Shown in pieces: positions 40,801 to 52,919 of a stretch of 64,000 bases of DNA; position 1 is the first letter of the stretch; the number at the start of each line of letters is the position of its first letter. Under the pieces are notes generated by a model that made no database searches, was not told the DNA's origin, and worked only from the letters and a program-made list of their open reading frames with translations. Source of the DNA: the human T2T-CHM13v2.0 reference genome, Homo sapiens. The position numbers were made by a program, and so were the translations under genes. The DNA lies in the NCBI RefSeq assembly GCF_009914755.1, contig NC_060927.1; one strand, 5' to 3'.

Positions 40801-43751
40801 AGTGGCTACTATGAGCAACTATATGTCAATAAATTGAAAAATTAGAAGAAATAGACAAATTCCTAGATACATACAATTACCAAGACTGAATCAGGAAGAA
40901 ATCCAAACCTGAACAGACCAACAGACCGATAACAACAAGATTGAAAGGTGTAATAAAAAGTATCTCAGTAAAGAAAAGCCCAGAACACAATGGCTTCACT
41001 GCTGAATTCAACCAAACATTTAAAGAAGAACTAATACCAAATCCTACTCAAACTATTCTGAAAAATAGAGGAGGAACTACTTTCAAACTCATTCTATGAA
41101 ACCAGTATTACCCTGATACCAAAAGCAGGCAAAGACACAACAACAACAACAAAAAACTACAGACCAATATCTCTGAGGAATATTGAGGCAAAAATCCTCA
41201 ACAAAATACTAGCAAGCCAAATTCAACAATACTTTAGAAAGATCATTCATTATGACCAAGTGGGATTTATCCCTGGGATTCAAGGATGATTCAACATACA
41301 CAAATCAATCAAGGTGATACATCATATCAACAGAATGAAGGATAAAAACTATATGATCATTTCAATTGATGCTGAAAACACATTTGATAAAATTCAACAT
41401 CCCTTCATTATTTCCTTAAAAAAACTGGGGATAGAAAGAACATACCTCGACATAATAAAAGCCATATACAACAGCCCCAGAGCCAGTATCATACTGAAAG
41501 CCTTTCTTCTAAGATCTGGAACATGACAGGGATGTCCATTGTCACCACTGTTATTCAACATAGTGAATAGAAGTCCTAGCTAGAGCAATCAGACAAGAGA
41601 AAGATATAAAGGGCATCCAAATTGGATGTGGAAGAAGTCAAATTATCCTTGTTTGAAGGTGATATAATCTTACATTTAGAAAAACCTAAAGACTGCATAA
41701 GAAAACTATTAGAACTGATCAACAAATTCAGTAAAGTTGCAGAATACAAAATCAACATACAATCAGTAGCATTTAAATATGCCAACAGTGAGCAATGTGA
41801 AAAAGAAATTTAAAAAGTCATTCCATTTAACAATAGCCATACATAAAATTAAATACCTAGGAATTAACCAAAGAAGTGAAAGATCTCTATAATGAAAACT
41901 ATAAAACACTGATGAAGGAAATTAAAGAGAACACCAAATAAAGGAAAAACATTCCATGTTCATTAATCGGAAGAATCAATATTGTTAAAATGTTCATACT
42001 ACCCAAAGCAATCTTCAGATTCAATGCAATCCCTATCAAAGTACCAATGACACTCTTCACAGAAATAGCAAAAAACTATCCTAAAATTTATATGGAACCA
42101 CAAACGATCCAGAATAGCCAAAGCTATCCTAAGCAGAAATAACAAAACTGGAAGAATCACATTACCTGACTTTAAATTATACTACAAAGCTATAGTAACC
42201 AGCTGGTATAAAACTACTAGCATAAAAACAGACACTTAGACCAATGCAACAGAGTAGAGAACCCAGAAACAAATTCACGCACCTACAGTGAACTGATTTT
42301 TGACAAAGGTACCAAAAAAGGGGACAGTCTGGGGAATGGACAGTCTCTTCAATAAATGGTTCTGGGAAAACTAGATATCCATATGCAAAATAATGAAACT
42401 AGACTCATATCTCTTGCCATGTACAAAAATAAAATCAAAATGAATTAAAGACTTAAATTGAAGACCACAAACTATGAAACTCCGATAAGAAAACAATGGG
42501 GAAAATCTCCAGGATATTGGTCTGGGCAAAGACTTCTTGAGCAATACCCAACAAGCAAAGGCAATCAAAGCAAACATGGACAAATGGGATCACATCAAGT
42601 TAAAAAACTTCTGCACAGCAAAGGACAGAGTCAGCAAAGTGAAGCGACAACCCACAGAGAGGGAAAAAATATTTGCAAACTATGCATCTGACAAGGGATT
42701 AATAACCAGAATATATAAGGAGCTCAAACAACTCTAAAAAATCTAATAGTCCTGTCAAAAAATGGGAAAAAGATTTGAAGAGACATTTATCAAAAGAAGA
42801 CATACAAATGGAAAACAGGCATATAAAAGGTGCTTAGCATTACTGATCATCCAAGAAATGCAAATCAAAACTACAATGAAATATCATCTCACCCCAGTTA
42901 ATATGGCTTGTATCCAAAAGCAGAGCAATAACAAATGCTGGTGAGGATATGGAGAAAAGGGGAACCCTTGTACACTGTTCATGGGAATGTAAATTAGTAC
43001 AACCTCTATAGAGAACAGTTTGGAGGTTCCTCAAAAAACTAAAAATAGAGCTATCATATAATCCAGCAATCCCACTGCTGGGTATATACCCAACAGAAAG
43101 CAAATCATTATATTGAAGAGATATCTGCACTCCTATGTTTGTTGTAGCACTGTTGACAATAGCTAAGATTTGGAAGCAACGTAAGTGTCCATCAACAGAT
43201 GAATGGATAACAAAAATGTGGTACATAGACACAATGGAGTACTATTCAGCCATAAAGAAGAATGAGATCCAGTCATTTGCAACAACATGAATGGAATTGG
43301 AGGTCATTGTATTAAGTGAAATAAGCCAGGTACAGAAAGACAAACGTTGCATGTTCTTACTTATTCGTGGGATCTAAAAATCAAATCAATTGAACTCATG
43401 GACACAGAGAGTAGAAGGGTGATTACCAGAGTCTGGGAATGGTCATAGGGATTTGGTGGGGGATGTGGGCATGGTTTGGGTACAAAAAATAGAAATAATG
43501 AATAAGACCTACTATTTAATAGCACAATAGGGTGAAAATAGCCAATAATAATTGTATATTTTAAATTAACTTAAATAATGTAATTATTTTGTTTGTAACT
43601 CAAAGGATGAATGCCTGAGGGGATGGGTACCCCATTCTCTGTGATGTGCTTATTTCATATTGCATGCCTTATCAAACCATGTCATGCACCACATAAATAT
43701 ATACACCTACTATGCACCCATAAAAATTAAAAAATTGTAAAAAATAAAATA
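37833..43751 (+). mobile_element. L1MA1/2-like LINE-1 with both ends; ORF1 largely deleted and part of the 5'UTR inverted
   Basis: 5' end gagggcggagcaagatggc; 3'UTR and A tail at ~43740; degenerate TSD aaaatgagaaatctgaga / aaagtaagagatctggga. Confidence 0.9.
39620..43260 (+). pseudogene. L1 ORF2 (endonuclease/reverse transcriptase) remnants
   Basis: Fragments [66 protein letters not shown]; the FADD motif has decayed to FEGD; many frameshifts. Confidence 0.9.
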
Positions 43752-45502
43752 AAGTAAGAGATCTGGGATTCTTTTTTTCACTTGGACAATTTAGAGGCCC
43801 CTCTCAGGTTATTATTTGGCCTAATTTCAATATGTTTTGTCTCAAGCAATAGGGAAGCCTGAAGAGAGGGAGAGGGATGGGGCAATGGCTGGTCGATGGA
43901 GCAGTCAGAACACACACAACCATTTATCAATTAAGTTCACCATCTTATAGGGATGCAGTGAGTGGCACCCTAAAACAGTGACAAAAGTAGCAACAGAAAT
44001 CGCTGACTACATATTGCTATAATACACAATAATAATGAAAGAATTAAAATATTGCAAGAATTACCAAAATTTAACACAAAGACCTGAAGTGAGCAGATGC
44101 TACTGGAAAATTGGCACCTATAGACTTGCTTGAGGATTTGTAAATTTGTAAAAAATGCAGTATCTGCAAAGAAGTGCCATTGAACAAAACATAATAAGAT
44201 GATATGTGTTTGTATCTATGTGTTTAATTAGACCTTTGATTTTTGTAGTTTTCAGTATGCAGCCTTTGCACATATTTAATAAGATTTATTTCTAAACATT
44301 TCATGTTTTGGTGCTTTTGTAAATTTTACTCTTTAAAAAATTTTTATTTCCACATATTCACTGCTATTATATAGAAATGTACCTGATTTTTATATATTGA
44401 TGTTATATTCTGTGATCTTGCTGGACTCAGTTCTAGGTATCTTTTTTTAAAAGAAGATTCTTGGAATTTTCTGCATAGGTAATCATGTTATCTGTGCAGA
44501 GAGTTAATTTAATTTCCCCTTTTCCAATCTGTATACCTTATATTTGTTTTCCTTGCCTGATTGTACTTACCAAAATCCATAGTATGATATCAAATAGAAG
44601 AGATGAGAGCAGACGTTCTTGCCCTATTCCACATTTTAAGGGGAAAGTTTCAGCCTTTCACCATTAAGTATGTTAGTTGTAGGTTTACTGTAGATTCTCT
44701 TTATCAAGTTGGGGAAGTTTCCCCTCTTTTCCTTTTTTTTTTCTGGGAGTTTTTATCATGATGAGGTGTTAGATTTTGTCTAATGCTTTTTCTGTACCAA
44801 TTGATATGATTACACGGTTTTCCTTCTTTTACTTATAAATATGATGTATTATATTGGTTGAATTTTTAATTTTGACCCAGCCTTTTATTCTCAGGATAAA
44901 CCTACCTTTAATGGACATTCAGGATTTTATTTCCTTTTGAGCTATTTTTATTAAATTATTCTCTCGTATTTTTGACATTACTTACATTTAAAAATCTGTT
45001 TTTTATGATGTTCTTTTTACCTTTAATCTTTACCATATTTGTAATTCAGTTGTCTTTTCATTCCTAATATTTTTTTCTCTCTTTTTTCCTTGGTAAATGC
45101 TGTCAAATGGTTGTTTTATTTTCTATTTTATTAGTCTTGAAAGACGCACCTTGCTATTTTATTTATTTCTCCTTTTATTTCTACTCCTTCCTTCTAATTC
45201 TTTGCCCATTTATTTTGACTATTTTTATTTTCCAATATAAATATTAAAATTATAAATTTCCCTCTTAGTACTGGTTTAGCTACGTATATGAATGTAGACA
45301 TGTAGTACTGTAATTATTCAATTATAAGTATTTTCTCATTTTCATTGTGATTTCTTACTTGGAGGAATGTTTTTAAGTTCTTAACATATTGACTTTATAA
45401 AATAAAAGCTTTCAATTATTGGCATCTGACTTAATTTCATTTTATTTAATGCAGTGGTCCTTAAAGTATGGTTCCAGAACTAGCAGCGACAAGATTACCT
45501 GG

Positions 45503-46275
45503 TGTGAATTGAATTATGTTCCCCCAAAATATATGCTGGAGTCCTAACCTCAGGTACCTGTGAATGCATGTGACCTTATTTGGAAACTGGTCTTTAGTAC
45601 AATCAAATTAAGATGATGCCATACTGGATTAGGATAGGCCCTAATTCAATATGACTAATATAATTATAAGAAGAGAAGAGACACAGAGGCACACAAGGAA
45701 AATACCGTGTGATGATAGAGGCAGAGACTGGAGTAATTGGAATTTTGTTTTCTTTTTTTCTGAGAGTTTCACTTTGTTGCTCAGACTGGAGTGGAGTGGC
45801 ATAATCACAGCTCCCTACAGCCTTGACATCCTAGCTCAAGCAATTCTCTCATCTCAGCCTCCTGAGCAGCTGGAACCACAGGTGCAGAGAACTACGCTCA
45901 ACTAATTTTTGTATTTTTTGTAGAGACAGGGTTTTGCCATGTTGCCCAGGCTGGTCTCCAGCTCCTGGACTCAAGAGATCTGCCCACCTCTACTTCCCAA
46001 AGTGCTGGTATTATAGGGATTAACCACCACGCCCAGCTTACTGATGTGCTAAAAAGCCAACGCATGCCAAGGATTGCTGGCAATACCAGAAGCTAAGAGA
46101 AGGGCATCGAGCAGACTCCCCTATAACCTTTAGACAGAGCATTGCCAACACCTTGATTTCAAACGTCTAACCTCCAGAATGTGAGAAAATATATTTCTGT
46201 TGTTTTCTGTGTCTGTTGTTTTCAGCCACCCAGTTTGTGATATTTTGTTAAGGGCAGTCCTAGGGAACCAATACA
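45503..46275 (+). mobile_element. MLT1B/C-like MaLR solo LTR split by AluJ
   Basis: tgtgaattgaattatgttccccc...gtgaccttatttggaaa...cagccacccagtttgtga...ctagggaaccaataca. Confidence 0.8.
45743..46038 (-). mobile_element. AluJ
   Basis: Antisense Alu with J-type features (atcacagctc...tcctagctcaagcaattct). Confidence 0.9.
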
Positions 46276-47010
46276 ATAGAAAACCTGTTAAAAATGCAAA
46301 TTCTTGGCCTCAATTCCAGACCTACCGTATCAGAATCTTTGTGGATGGGGTGGAGTAATTTGGATTTTAACACAAGTCTTTCCTGTTATTTTAATGAATG
46401 CTAATTTGAGAACCACTGAGTTAGAGAATGTGGTCAACGGGATACTAGTCCTTTGAAATTTATTAAGATTTAATTTGCAGTATAATACAGGGTTAATTTT
46501 TGCAAATGTTTCATATATGTCTAAAATGTGCATTTTGCAGTTGCTCAGTGCAGAATTCTGTATACGCCCATTAAATCAAGCTTGTTAATTGTGTTATTCA
46601 AATCTTCTGTATCATTAACAATATTTTTGGTTCTGTTTATCAATCACAGAGATACATTCAAATCTTCTACTATGATAATAGAATTATGTATTTGTTCTTG
46701 TAGTTCTGCCAGTTTTAAATATAGTTCTACAAATATACACATAACATATAATGTTATTAGGTACATGCATATTTAGAATTCTTTCTTCCTATGGCATTTA
46801 TCTGGACAAGGTGAAAGTAAATTTTTGATTTGGGGTGTTAGGTCACATACACAGCATGAACTCCATTTTTAAGTCTACCTAAATGTAGGCTTATGATTAG
46901 GAATACACAAGAAAATATCCCTTCGTTCCTTCCTTCCTTCCCTCCTTCCTTCTCTCCTTTACTCATTTCTTTCTATTCTTGCTGAGACAGTAAATCGTTC
47001 CATTAATTTT

Positions 47011-47426
47011 TTTCACCTGTGTCTGTGCAAGGATTCCCACCAAACAGGCTTTGTGTGAGCAACAAGGCTGTTTATTTCACCTGGGTACAGGCGGGCCGAG
47101 TCCGAAAAGAGAGTCAGGGAAGGGAGATAGGGGTGGGGCCATTTTATAGGATTTGGGTAGGTAAAGGAAAATTACAGTCAAAGGGGGGAGTTGTTCTCTG
47201 GCTGGCAGGGGTGGGGGTCAGAAGGTGCTCAGTAGGGGAGCTTCTGAGCCAGGATGAGCCAGGAAAAGGAATTTCACAAGGTAATGTCATCAGTTAAGGC
47301 AGGAACAGGCCTTTTCACTTCTTTTGTGGTGGAATGTCATCAGTTAAGGCAGGAACTGGCCACCTGGATGTGTATGTGCAGGTCACAGGGGATATGATGG
47401 CTTAGCTTGGGCTCAGAGGCCTGACA
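47011..47426 (-). repeat. HERV-H 3' LTR (LTR7)
   Basis: Minus strand TGTCAGGCCTCTGAGCCCAAGCTAAG...TATAAA...AATAAA...TGAAA, preceded by the PPT AAGAAGACAGGAA. Confidence 0.95.
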
Positions 47427-48092
47427 TTCCTGTCTTCTTATATTAATAAGAAAAATAAAACAAAATAGTGTTGAAGTGTTGAGGCGGCAAAAATTTTTTG
47501 GGGGTGGTGTGGAGAGAGAATGGGCGATGTTTCTCAGGGCTGCTTCAAGTGGGATCAGGGGCGGGTGGGAACCTAGAGTGGGAGAGATTAAGCTGAAGGA
47601 AGATTTTGTGGTAAGGGGTGATGTCGTGGGGTTGTTAGAAGAAACATTTGTCGTATAGAATGATTGGTGATGGCCTGGATACGGTTTTGTATGAATTGAA
47701 AAACTAAATGGAATAAGACAAGGAGAAAAACAGGTATTAAAGGACTAAGAATTGGGAGGACCTAGGACATCTAATTAGAGAGTGCCTAAGGAGGTTCAGC
47801 ATAGCCCTGCCAGCAAAGATTATTTATTTACTTTAAGAGGGAGTTAAGAGTGGTGGTTTGGGGATAGCACCAAGAGATATCAGCTGTGATGGCTTGGAGA
47901 AACAGTGAAAACCGGCAGTGTAAACAAGAGCAGGGCATTTATGAGTAGTTGAGAAAAGTGAATAGGAGTGTGACTAGACAGAAGATAGTAGGGATGACAA
48001 GTTTTTTGGGGTGCAGTTCAAGTTGGTCTGGCATCTGGAATGAAGCTGGGGCCTAATAAAAAGAAGCATCTATACAGGAGCTTAAATGGACT

Positions 48093-48520
48093 TTACCTTG
48101 TAGCATTCCGAGGACAGGCCTGAATTATGAGAAAGGAAAGAGGTAAAAGTACTGTCCAGTCCTTTTTAAGTTGGAGGCTGAGCTTGGCGAGGTGTGTCTT
48201 TAAAAGACCATTAGTCCGTTCTACCTTTCCTGAAGATTGAAGACGGTAAGGGATATGAATGTTCCACTGAATACCAAGAGCCTGAGAAACTGCTTGGGTG
48301 ATTTGACTAGTAAAGGCCGGTCTGTTATCGGACTGTATAGAGATGGGAAGTCCAAACCGAGGAATTATGTCTGACAGAAGGGAAGAAATGACTGTGGTGG
48401 CCTTCTCAGACCCTGTGGGAAAGGCCTCTACCCATCCAGTGAAAGTGTCTACCCAGACCAAGAGGTATTTTAGTTTCCTGACTCGAGGCATGTGAGTAAA
48501 GTCAATTTGCCAGTCCGGGG
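48093..48520 (-). pseudogene. HERV-H integrase catalytic core, still open
   Basis: WQIDFT...QSDN...GKVERTN, with exactly 35 residues between the second D and E; the N-terminal zinc-finger part is out of frame. Confidence 0.9.
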
Positions 48521-48619
48521 GTGGGCGGGCGCGGCGGAAAATCTCCAAGCTTGATGTGTAGGGGAGGGAGGAGGCCTGAATAATCCCTGAGGAGTAGTAG
48601 AATAGCAGATGGAACACTG

Positions 48620-51600
48620 AGAAGTGATTTCCTTGAGGATAGATTTCTATGATGGAAAGGAAATGAGAGGTTCTAAGAGAGGGCTAGTGGCTTGTAACTT
48701 ACATGGAAGAGGTTATGAAATGACGACAGAATAGAATGGGCCTGTGAGGCTGGAAGGAGATATTTTCCTTGGTCTAAGAGCCATTTGCCTTGTGTGGGAA
48801 GAGATTGATAGGTGGAAGTTTCAGCAGGGGAGTAGGTGGGAGTAGCCAGATGAGAAGGAGAAAAACTGAAAGTGAGGGATATAAGTTGGAACGCTAGCTG
48901 GTTTTTTAGCTATCTTATCAGCATAAGCATTGTCCTGAGCGATGGGATCTGATACCCTTTGATGGCCTTTGCAGTGAATGACTCTGTCTTCCTTTGGAAG
49001 TAAAGTGGCTTTGAGAAGCATTTTTATTAAAGAGGCATTAATGATAGAGGACCTTTGTGTAGTGAGGAAACCTCTTGCATGGTGGTGCAGGATATGGAAG
49101 GCATATTTAGAGTCAGTATAAATACTGATGTGTAGTCCTTTTGCAAGAGTGAGGGCTTGACTTAAGGCAATGAGTTCGGCTTGCTGAGAGGTAGTGGAGG
49201 GGGGCAGAGCAGTAGCCTTAATGATAGATGTGGAAAATACTATAGCATAGCCTGCCTTTGCTGGTGAGTAGCGATTAGGCCTGGTGGAACTGCCATCAAT
49301 AAACCAAGTGTGTTCAGGGTTAGGAACACATAAGAATATGGGGAAGTGGAGTGAATGTCAGGTGGATCAGAGAGATACAGTCATGAGGGTCAGGTGTGAT
49401 ATCAGGAATAATGTGGGAGGCCGGACTGAAGTCTGGGCCAGGAACAATGGTAATTGTGGGAGACTCAACAAAGACTGAGTACAGCTGAAGGAGCCAGGGA
49501 GCAGAAAGTATATGTCAGGTGTGAGGAAGAAAATAGATTTTGGAAGTTATGAGAGCTGCAGAGAGTGAGTTCAGCATAGTTTGTGATTTTAAGGGCCTCT
49601 AAAAGTATTAGGGTGGTGGCAGCCACCGCACACAGACTTGAGGGCTAGGCAAAACAGTAAGGTCAAGTTGTTTGGATAAAAAGGCTACAGGGCATGGTAC
49701 CAGTCCTTGTGTAAGAATTCTGACTGCACAGCCCTGCACTTTGGCTGTGTGTGATGAAAAGGGTTGGGATGAGTCAGGGAGAGCTAGGGTGGGGGCAGTC
49801 TCTAAAGCTGTCTTCAAGGAACAGAAAGAGGAATGGGGAAAGGATTTAGGATCTATGGGGTCAGCTAGGTTTCCTTTTGTGAGTTTATATAATGGTTTTG
49901 TTAGGATGGCAAAACCAGGTATCTAAAGTCGAAAGTATCCAACCATGCCTAGGAAGGAAAGGAATTGTTATTTTGTAGAAGATGTTGGGGTTTGAGAGAT
50001 CAGTCGGACATGATCGGCAGGGAGAGCATGTGTGTTTTTATGAGACTTATGCCGAGATAGGTAACAGATGGGGAAGAAATTTGTGCTTGACTGAAGTAAA
50101 GGGAGCTGTCTGTGAAGCCTTGTGGCAGTACAGCCTAGGTAATTTGCTGAGCGTAATGGGTGTCAGGGTCAGTCCAAGTGAAAGCCAAGAGAGGCTGGGA
50201 TGAAGGGTGCAAAGGAATAGTAAAGAAAGCATGTTTGAGATCCAGAACAGAATAATTCATTGTGGAGGGAGGTATTGAGGATAGGAGAGTATATGGGTTT
50301 GGTCCTATGGGGTAGATGATAGGCAAAACAATTTGGTTGATAAGGCGCAGATCCTGAACTAACCTGTAAGTCTTGTCTGGTTTTAGGACAGGTAAAATGG
50401 GGGAATTGTAAGGATAGTTTATGCTTTAAAAGGCTATGCTGTAGCAGGCGAGTGATAACAGGCTTTAATCCTTTTAAAGCATGCTGTGGGATGGGATATT
50501 GGCATTGAGGAGGGGAAGGGTGATTAGGTTTTAATGAGATGGTAAGGGGTGCATGATCGGTTGCCAAGGAGGGAGTAGAGGTATCCTATACTTGTGGGCT
50601 AAGGTGGGGAGATACAAGATGAGGATGTGAAGGAGGCTTTGAACTGGGGGTAAAGGCAGCAGTGAGGTGTAGCTGTAGCCCAGGACTAGTCAGGGAAGCA
50701 GATAATTTAGTTAAAATATCTCGTCCTAATAAGGGAACTGGGCAGGTGGTGATAACTAAAAGGAGTGCTTAAAAGAGTATTGTCAAAGTTGGCACCAGAG
50801 TTGGGGAGTTTTAAGAGGTTTAAAAGCCTGGCCATCAATACCCACAACAGTTATGAAGGCAAAGGAAACAGGCCCTTGAAAAGAAGATAATGTGGAGTGG
50901 GTAGCCTTCGTATTGATTAAGAAGGGGACGGACTTACCCTCCACTGTGAGAGTTACCTAAAGCGTCTGTGATGGTCCAGGAAGCTTCTGAGGCAATTGGT
51001 CAGTGAGCCTTGGGCCAGAGTTCCATGGGCTCTGAGAGTGGCTGCCGGGCGAGTTGGACAGTCCGATTTCCAGTGGGGTCCTGCACAGATGGGACACAGC
51101 TTAGGAGGAATCCCAGGTTGCGGGCATTCCTTGGCCCGGTGGCCAGATTACTGGCACTTGTAGCAAGCTCCTGGGGGAGGAGGTTCTGGAGGAATCCCTG
51201 GCAGCTGCGGTTCAGGCGTTTGGAAGTTCTTGTGTGCTGGAGATGTGGCTGGGGTTTGTCTCACAGTGGAGGCAAGGAATTGCAACTCAGAAATATGTTG
51301 CTACTTAGCTGCCCCTACTCTATTATTGTACACCTTGAAGGTGAGGTTAATTAAGTCCTGTTGTGGGGTTTGAGGGACGGAATTTAATTTTTGGAGCTTT
51401 ATTTAATGTTGGGAGCAGATTGGGTAATAAAATGTATATTGGGAATAAGACGGCCTTTTGACCTTCTAGGGTCTAGCGCTGTAAAGCGTCTCAGGGTTGC
51501 TGCCAAACGGGCCATGAACTGGGCTGGGTTTTTCATATTTGATGAAAAAGAGCCTAAAAGCTAACTGATTTGGGAGAGGTCGGATAAAGAAAAAGGAGCA

Positions 51601-51900
51601 TTAACCTTGACTATGCCTTTAGCTCCAGCTACCTTTTTAAGAGGAAATTGCTGGGCAGGTGGGTGAGGGCTGTCTCGGAACGAAACTGTAAGCTAGACCG
51701 GGTGTGAGAAGGGGAGGTGATAAAAGGATTATAGGATTGGGGAGCAGAGGCTGAAGAAGAATTGGGACCTGGCTTGGCCTGGCGAGGGGCAGCCTAGAGA
51801 GAAGGGGAGAGGTCAGATGGGTTTGTAGAAAAGGAGGATTAGAAAGACTCAGGGACACTTGGGGTTGGGACTGAGAGGACAGGCGGGAGGGAAAGGAGGA
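48620..51900 (-). pseudogene. HERV-H gag/pro/RT/RNase H remnants
   Basis: VIHCKGHQ (RNase H), ALETAPTLALPD...PVAFLSKQLD, YSVLDLKHAFFTIPLHP (RT), QYPIPQHAL; fragmented. Confidence 0.88.
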
Positions 51901-52234
51901 GGATTTGGGATGAGTCGCATTGGGAACAGAGACTAGGGAGGGAATAATGTGTCAAAGAATGCCTGGACATCAGGCACCTCCGACCATTTGCCTATTTTAC
52001 AACAAGAATTATCTAGATCTTGTAGGATGGAAAAATCAAAAGTGCCATTTTCTGGCTATTTGGAACCACTGTCAAGTTTGTATTGGGTTCAAGCGGCATT
52101 GTAGAAGAAAATAAGGCATTTAGGTTTTAGGTCAGGTTGAGTTGCAGAGGTTTTAAGTTCTTGAGAACACAGGGAGAAGGAGGAATGGAGGGTGGAAGGC
52201 TGCCCATAGTGAAGAAGGCAAGCCCAGAGAAAAG

Positions 52235-52460
52235 AGAGAGACATGGAGAGAAGGGGTTGGGGGTGCTTGCCCCCAGGAAAGTGGAGAAGGGGTAGAGACA
52301 TGGAGAGAAGGAGTCAGGAGGTTCTTTCCTCCTGGAAAAGCAGATAAGGGGTAGAGACATTGAGAGAAGGGGAAGGGGGTGCTTGCCCTCCAGGAAAGTG
52401 GAGAAGGAGTAGAGACACGGAGAGATGGGGTCGGGGAATTCTTGCCCCTCCGAAAAGCAG
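52235..52460. repeat. HERV-H leader tandem repeat, 4 x ~58 bp
   Basis: Recurring agagacatggagagaagg...cttgccc...gaaa units. Confidence 0.85.
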
Positions 52461-52767
52461 TACTTGCCGCTAAGGGTGAAGGACCAAGGCAGGCGTCCCA
52501 GAGTGGTCAAACACCTCTGAAACGTGGGTGAATAATTAGGCAGGTGTCCCTGCATGATTAAACACCAAGGGAAGACTGTCTTCCCGAGTCTGTGACCAGT
52601 GCCGGAGTTTTGGTTTCATGGATAAAACGCATCTCCTTTGTCTCTACCAGAAAAGGAAAGGAACTGAAATTAAGAGAAGGAAGAGATTGACGTGTGTCAC
52701 CAAGATTGAAAGGAGAAAGAGGTTGAGGGATAGTGAGACAGACTGGAGAAGAGAGTAAAGAGAGGCC

Positions 52768-52776
52768 GCTTACCGG
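52768..52776 (-). promoter_or_regulatory. HERV-H leader splice donor CCG|GTAAGC
   Basis: Plus strand gcttaccgg; ~145 nt downstream of the 5' LTR, where HERV-H has its major donor. Confidence 0.8.
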
Positions 52777-52899
52777 ATTTAAAATTGGTGAGATGTTCCT
52801 TGGGCTGGTTGGTCTGAGGACCAGAGGTTGTAGGTGGATCTTTCTCATGGAACAAAGAGCAGGAGAACAGGGGATTGATCTCCCAAGGGAGGTCCCCCA

Positions 52900-52917
52900 G
52901 TCCGAGTCATGGCACCA
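52900..52917 (-). promoter_or_regulatory. Primer binding site for tRNA-His
   Basis: TGGTGCCATGACTCGGAC versus the tRNA-His complement TGGTGCCGTGACTCGGAT (16/18). Confidence 0.92.
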
Positions 52918-52919
52918 AA

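Larger units (their letters stand above)
35921..44212 (-). mobile_element. Full-span Tigger1 DNA transposon (pieces ~35921-37830 and ~43752-44212), split by an L1MA insertion
   Basis: TA|caggcata... end and ...aataagatgatatgtgtttg|TA end; transposase-like ORF fragments. Confidence 0.9.
45452..46418. mobile_element. MER5A-like element split by MLT1
   Basis: TIR-like ends cagtggtccttaaa / tttgagaaccactg; body resumes at ~46278 with gttaaaaatgcaaattcttggcctc. Confidence 0.75.
34350..46800 (-). mobile_element. Old L1 (L1MC/MD-type) host element, split by Tigger1 (35921-44212) and MER5/MLT1/Alu (45452-46418)
   Basis: T-rich antisense L1 3'UTR/ORF2 at 34350-35918 continues across the Tigger TA site at 44215 (tcttccaatccat...|...tatctatgtgtttaattagacctttgattt). 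Confidence 0.75.

Noticed and set aside
42840-43232. 130-aa minus-strand ORF
   Set aside because: Common antisense L1 ORF2/3'UTR translation.
47427-48090. HERV-H env gene
   Set aside because: Only ~0.65 kb lies between integrase and the PPT; env is mostly deleted, with no long ORF.
52235-52460. CRISPR-like repeat array
   Set aside because: Degenerate tandem units without unique spacers, inside an ERV leader in primate DNA; no cas genes.
52900-52917. tRNA-His gene fragment
   Set aside because: It is the retroviral primer binding site, not a tRNA gene.
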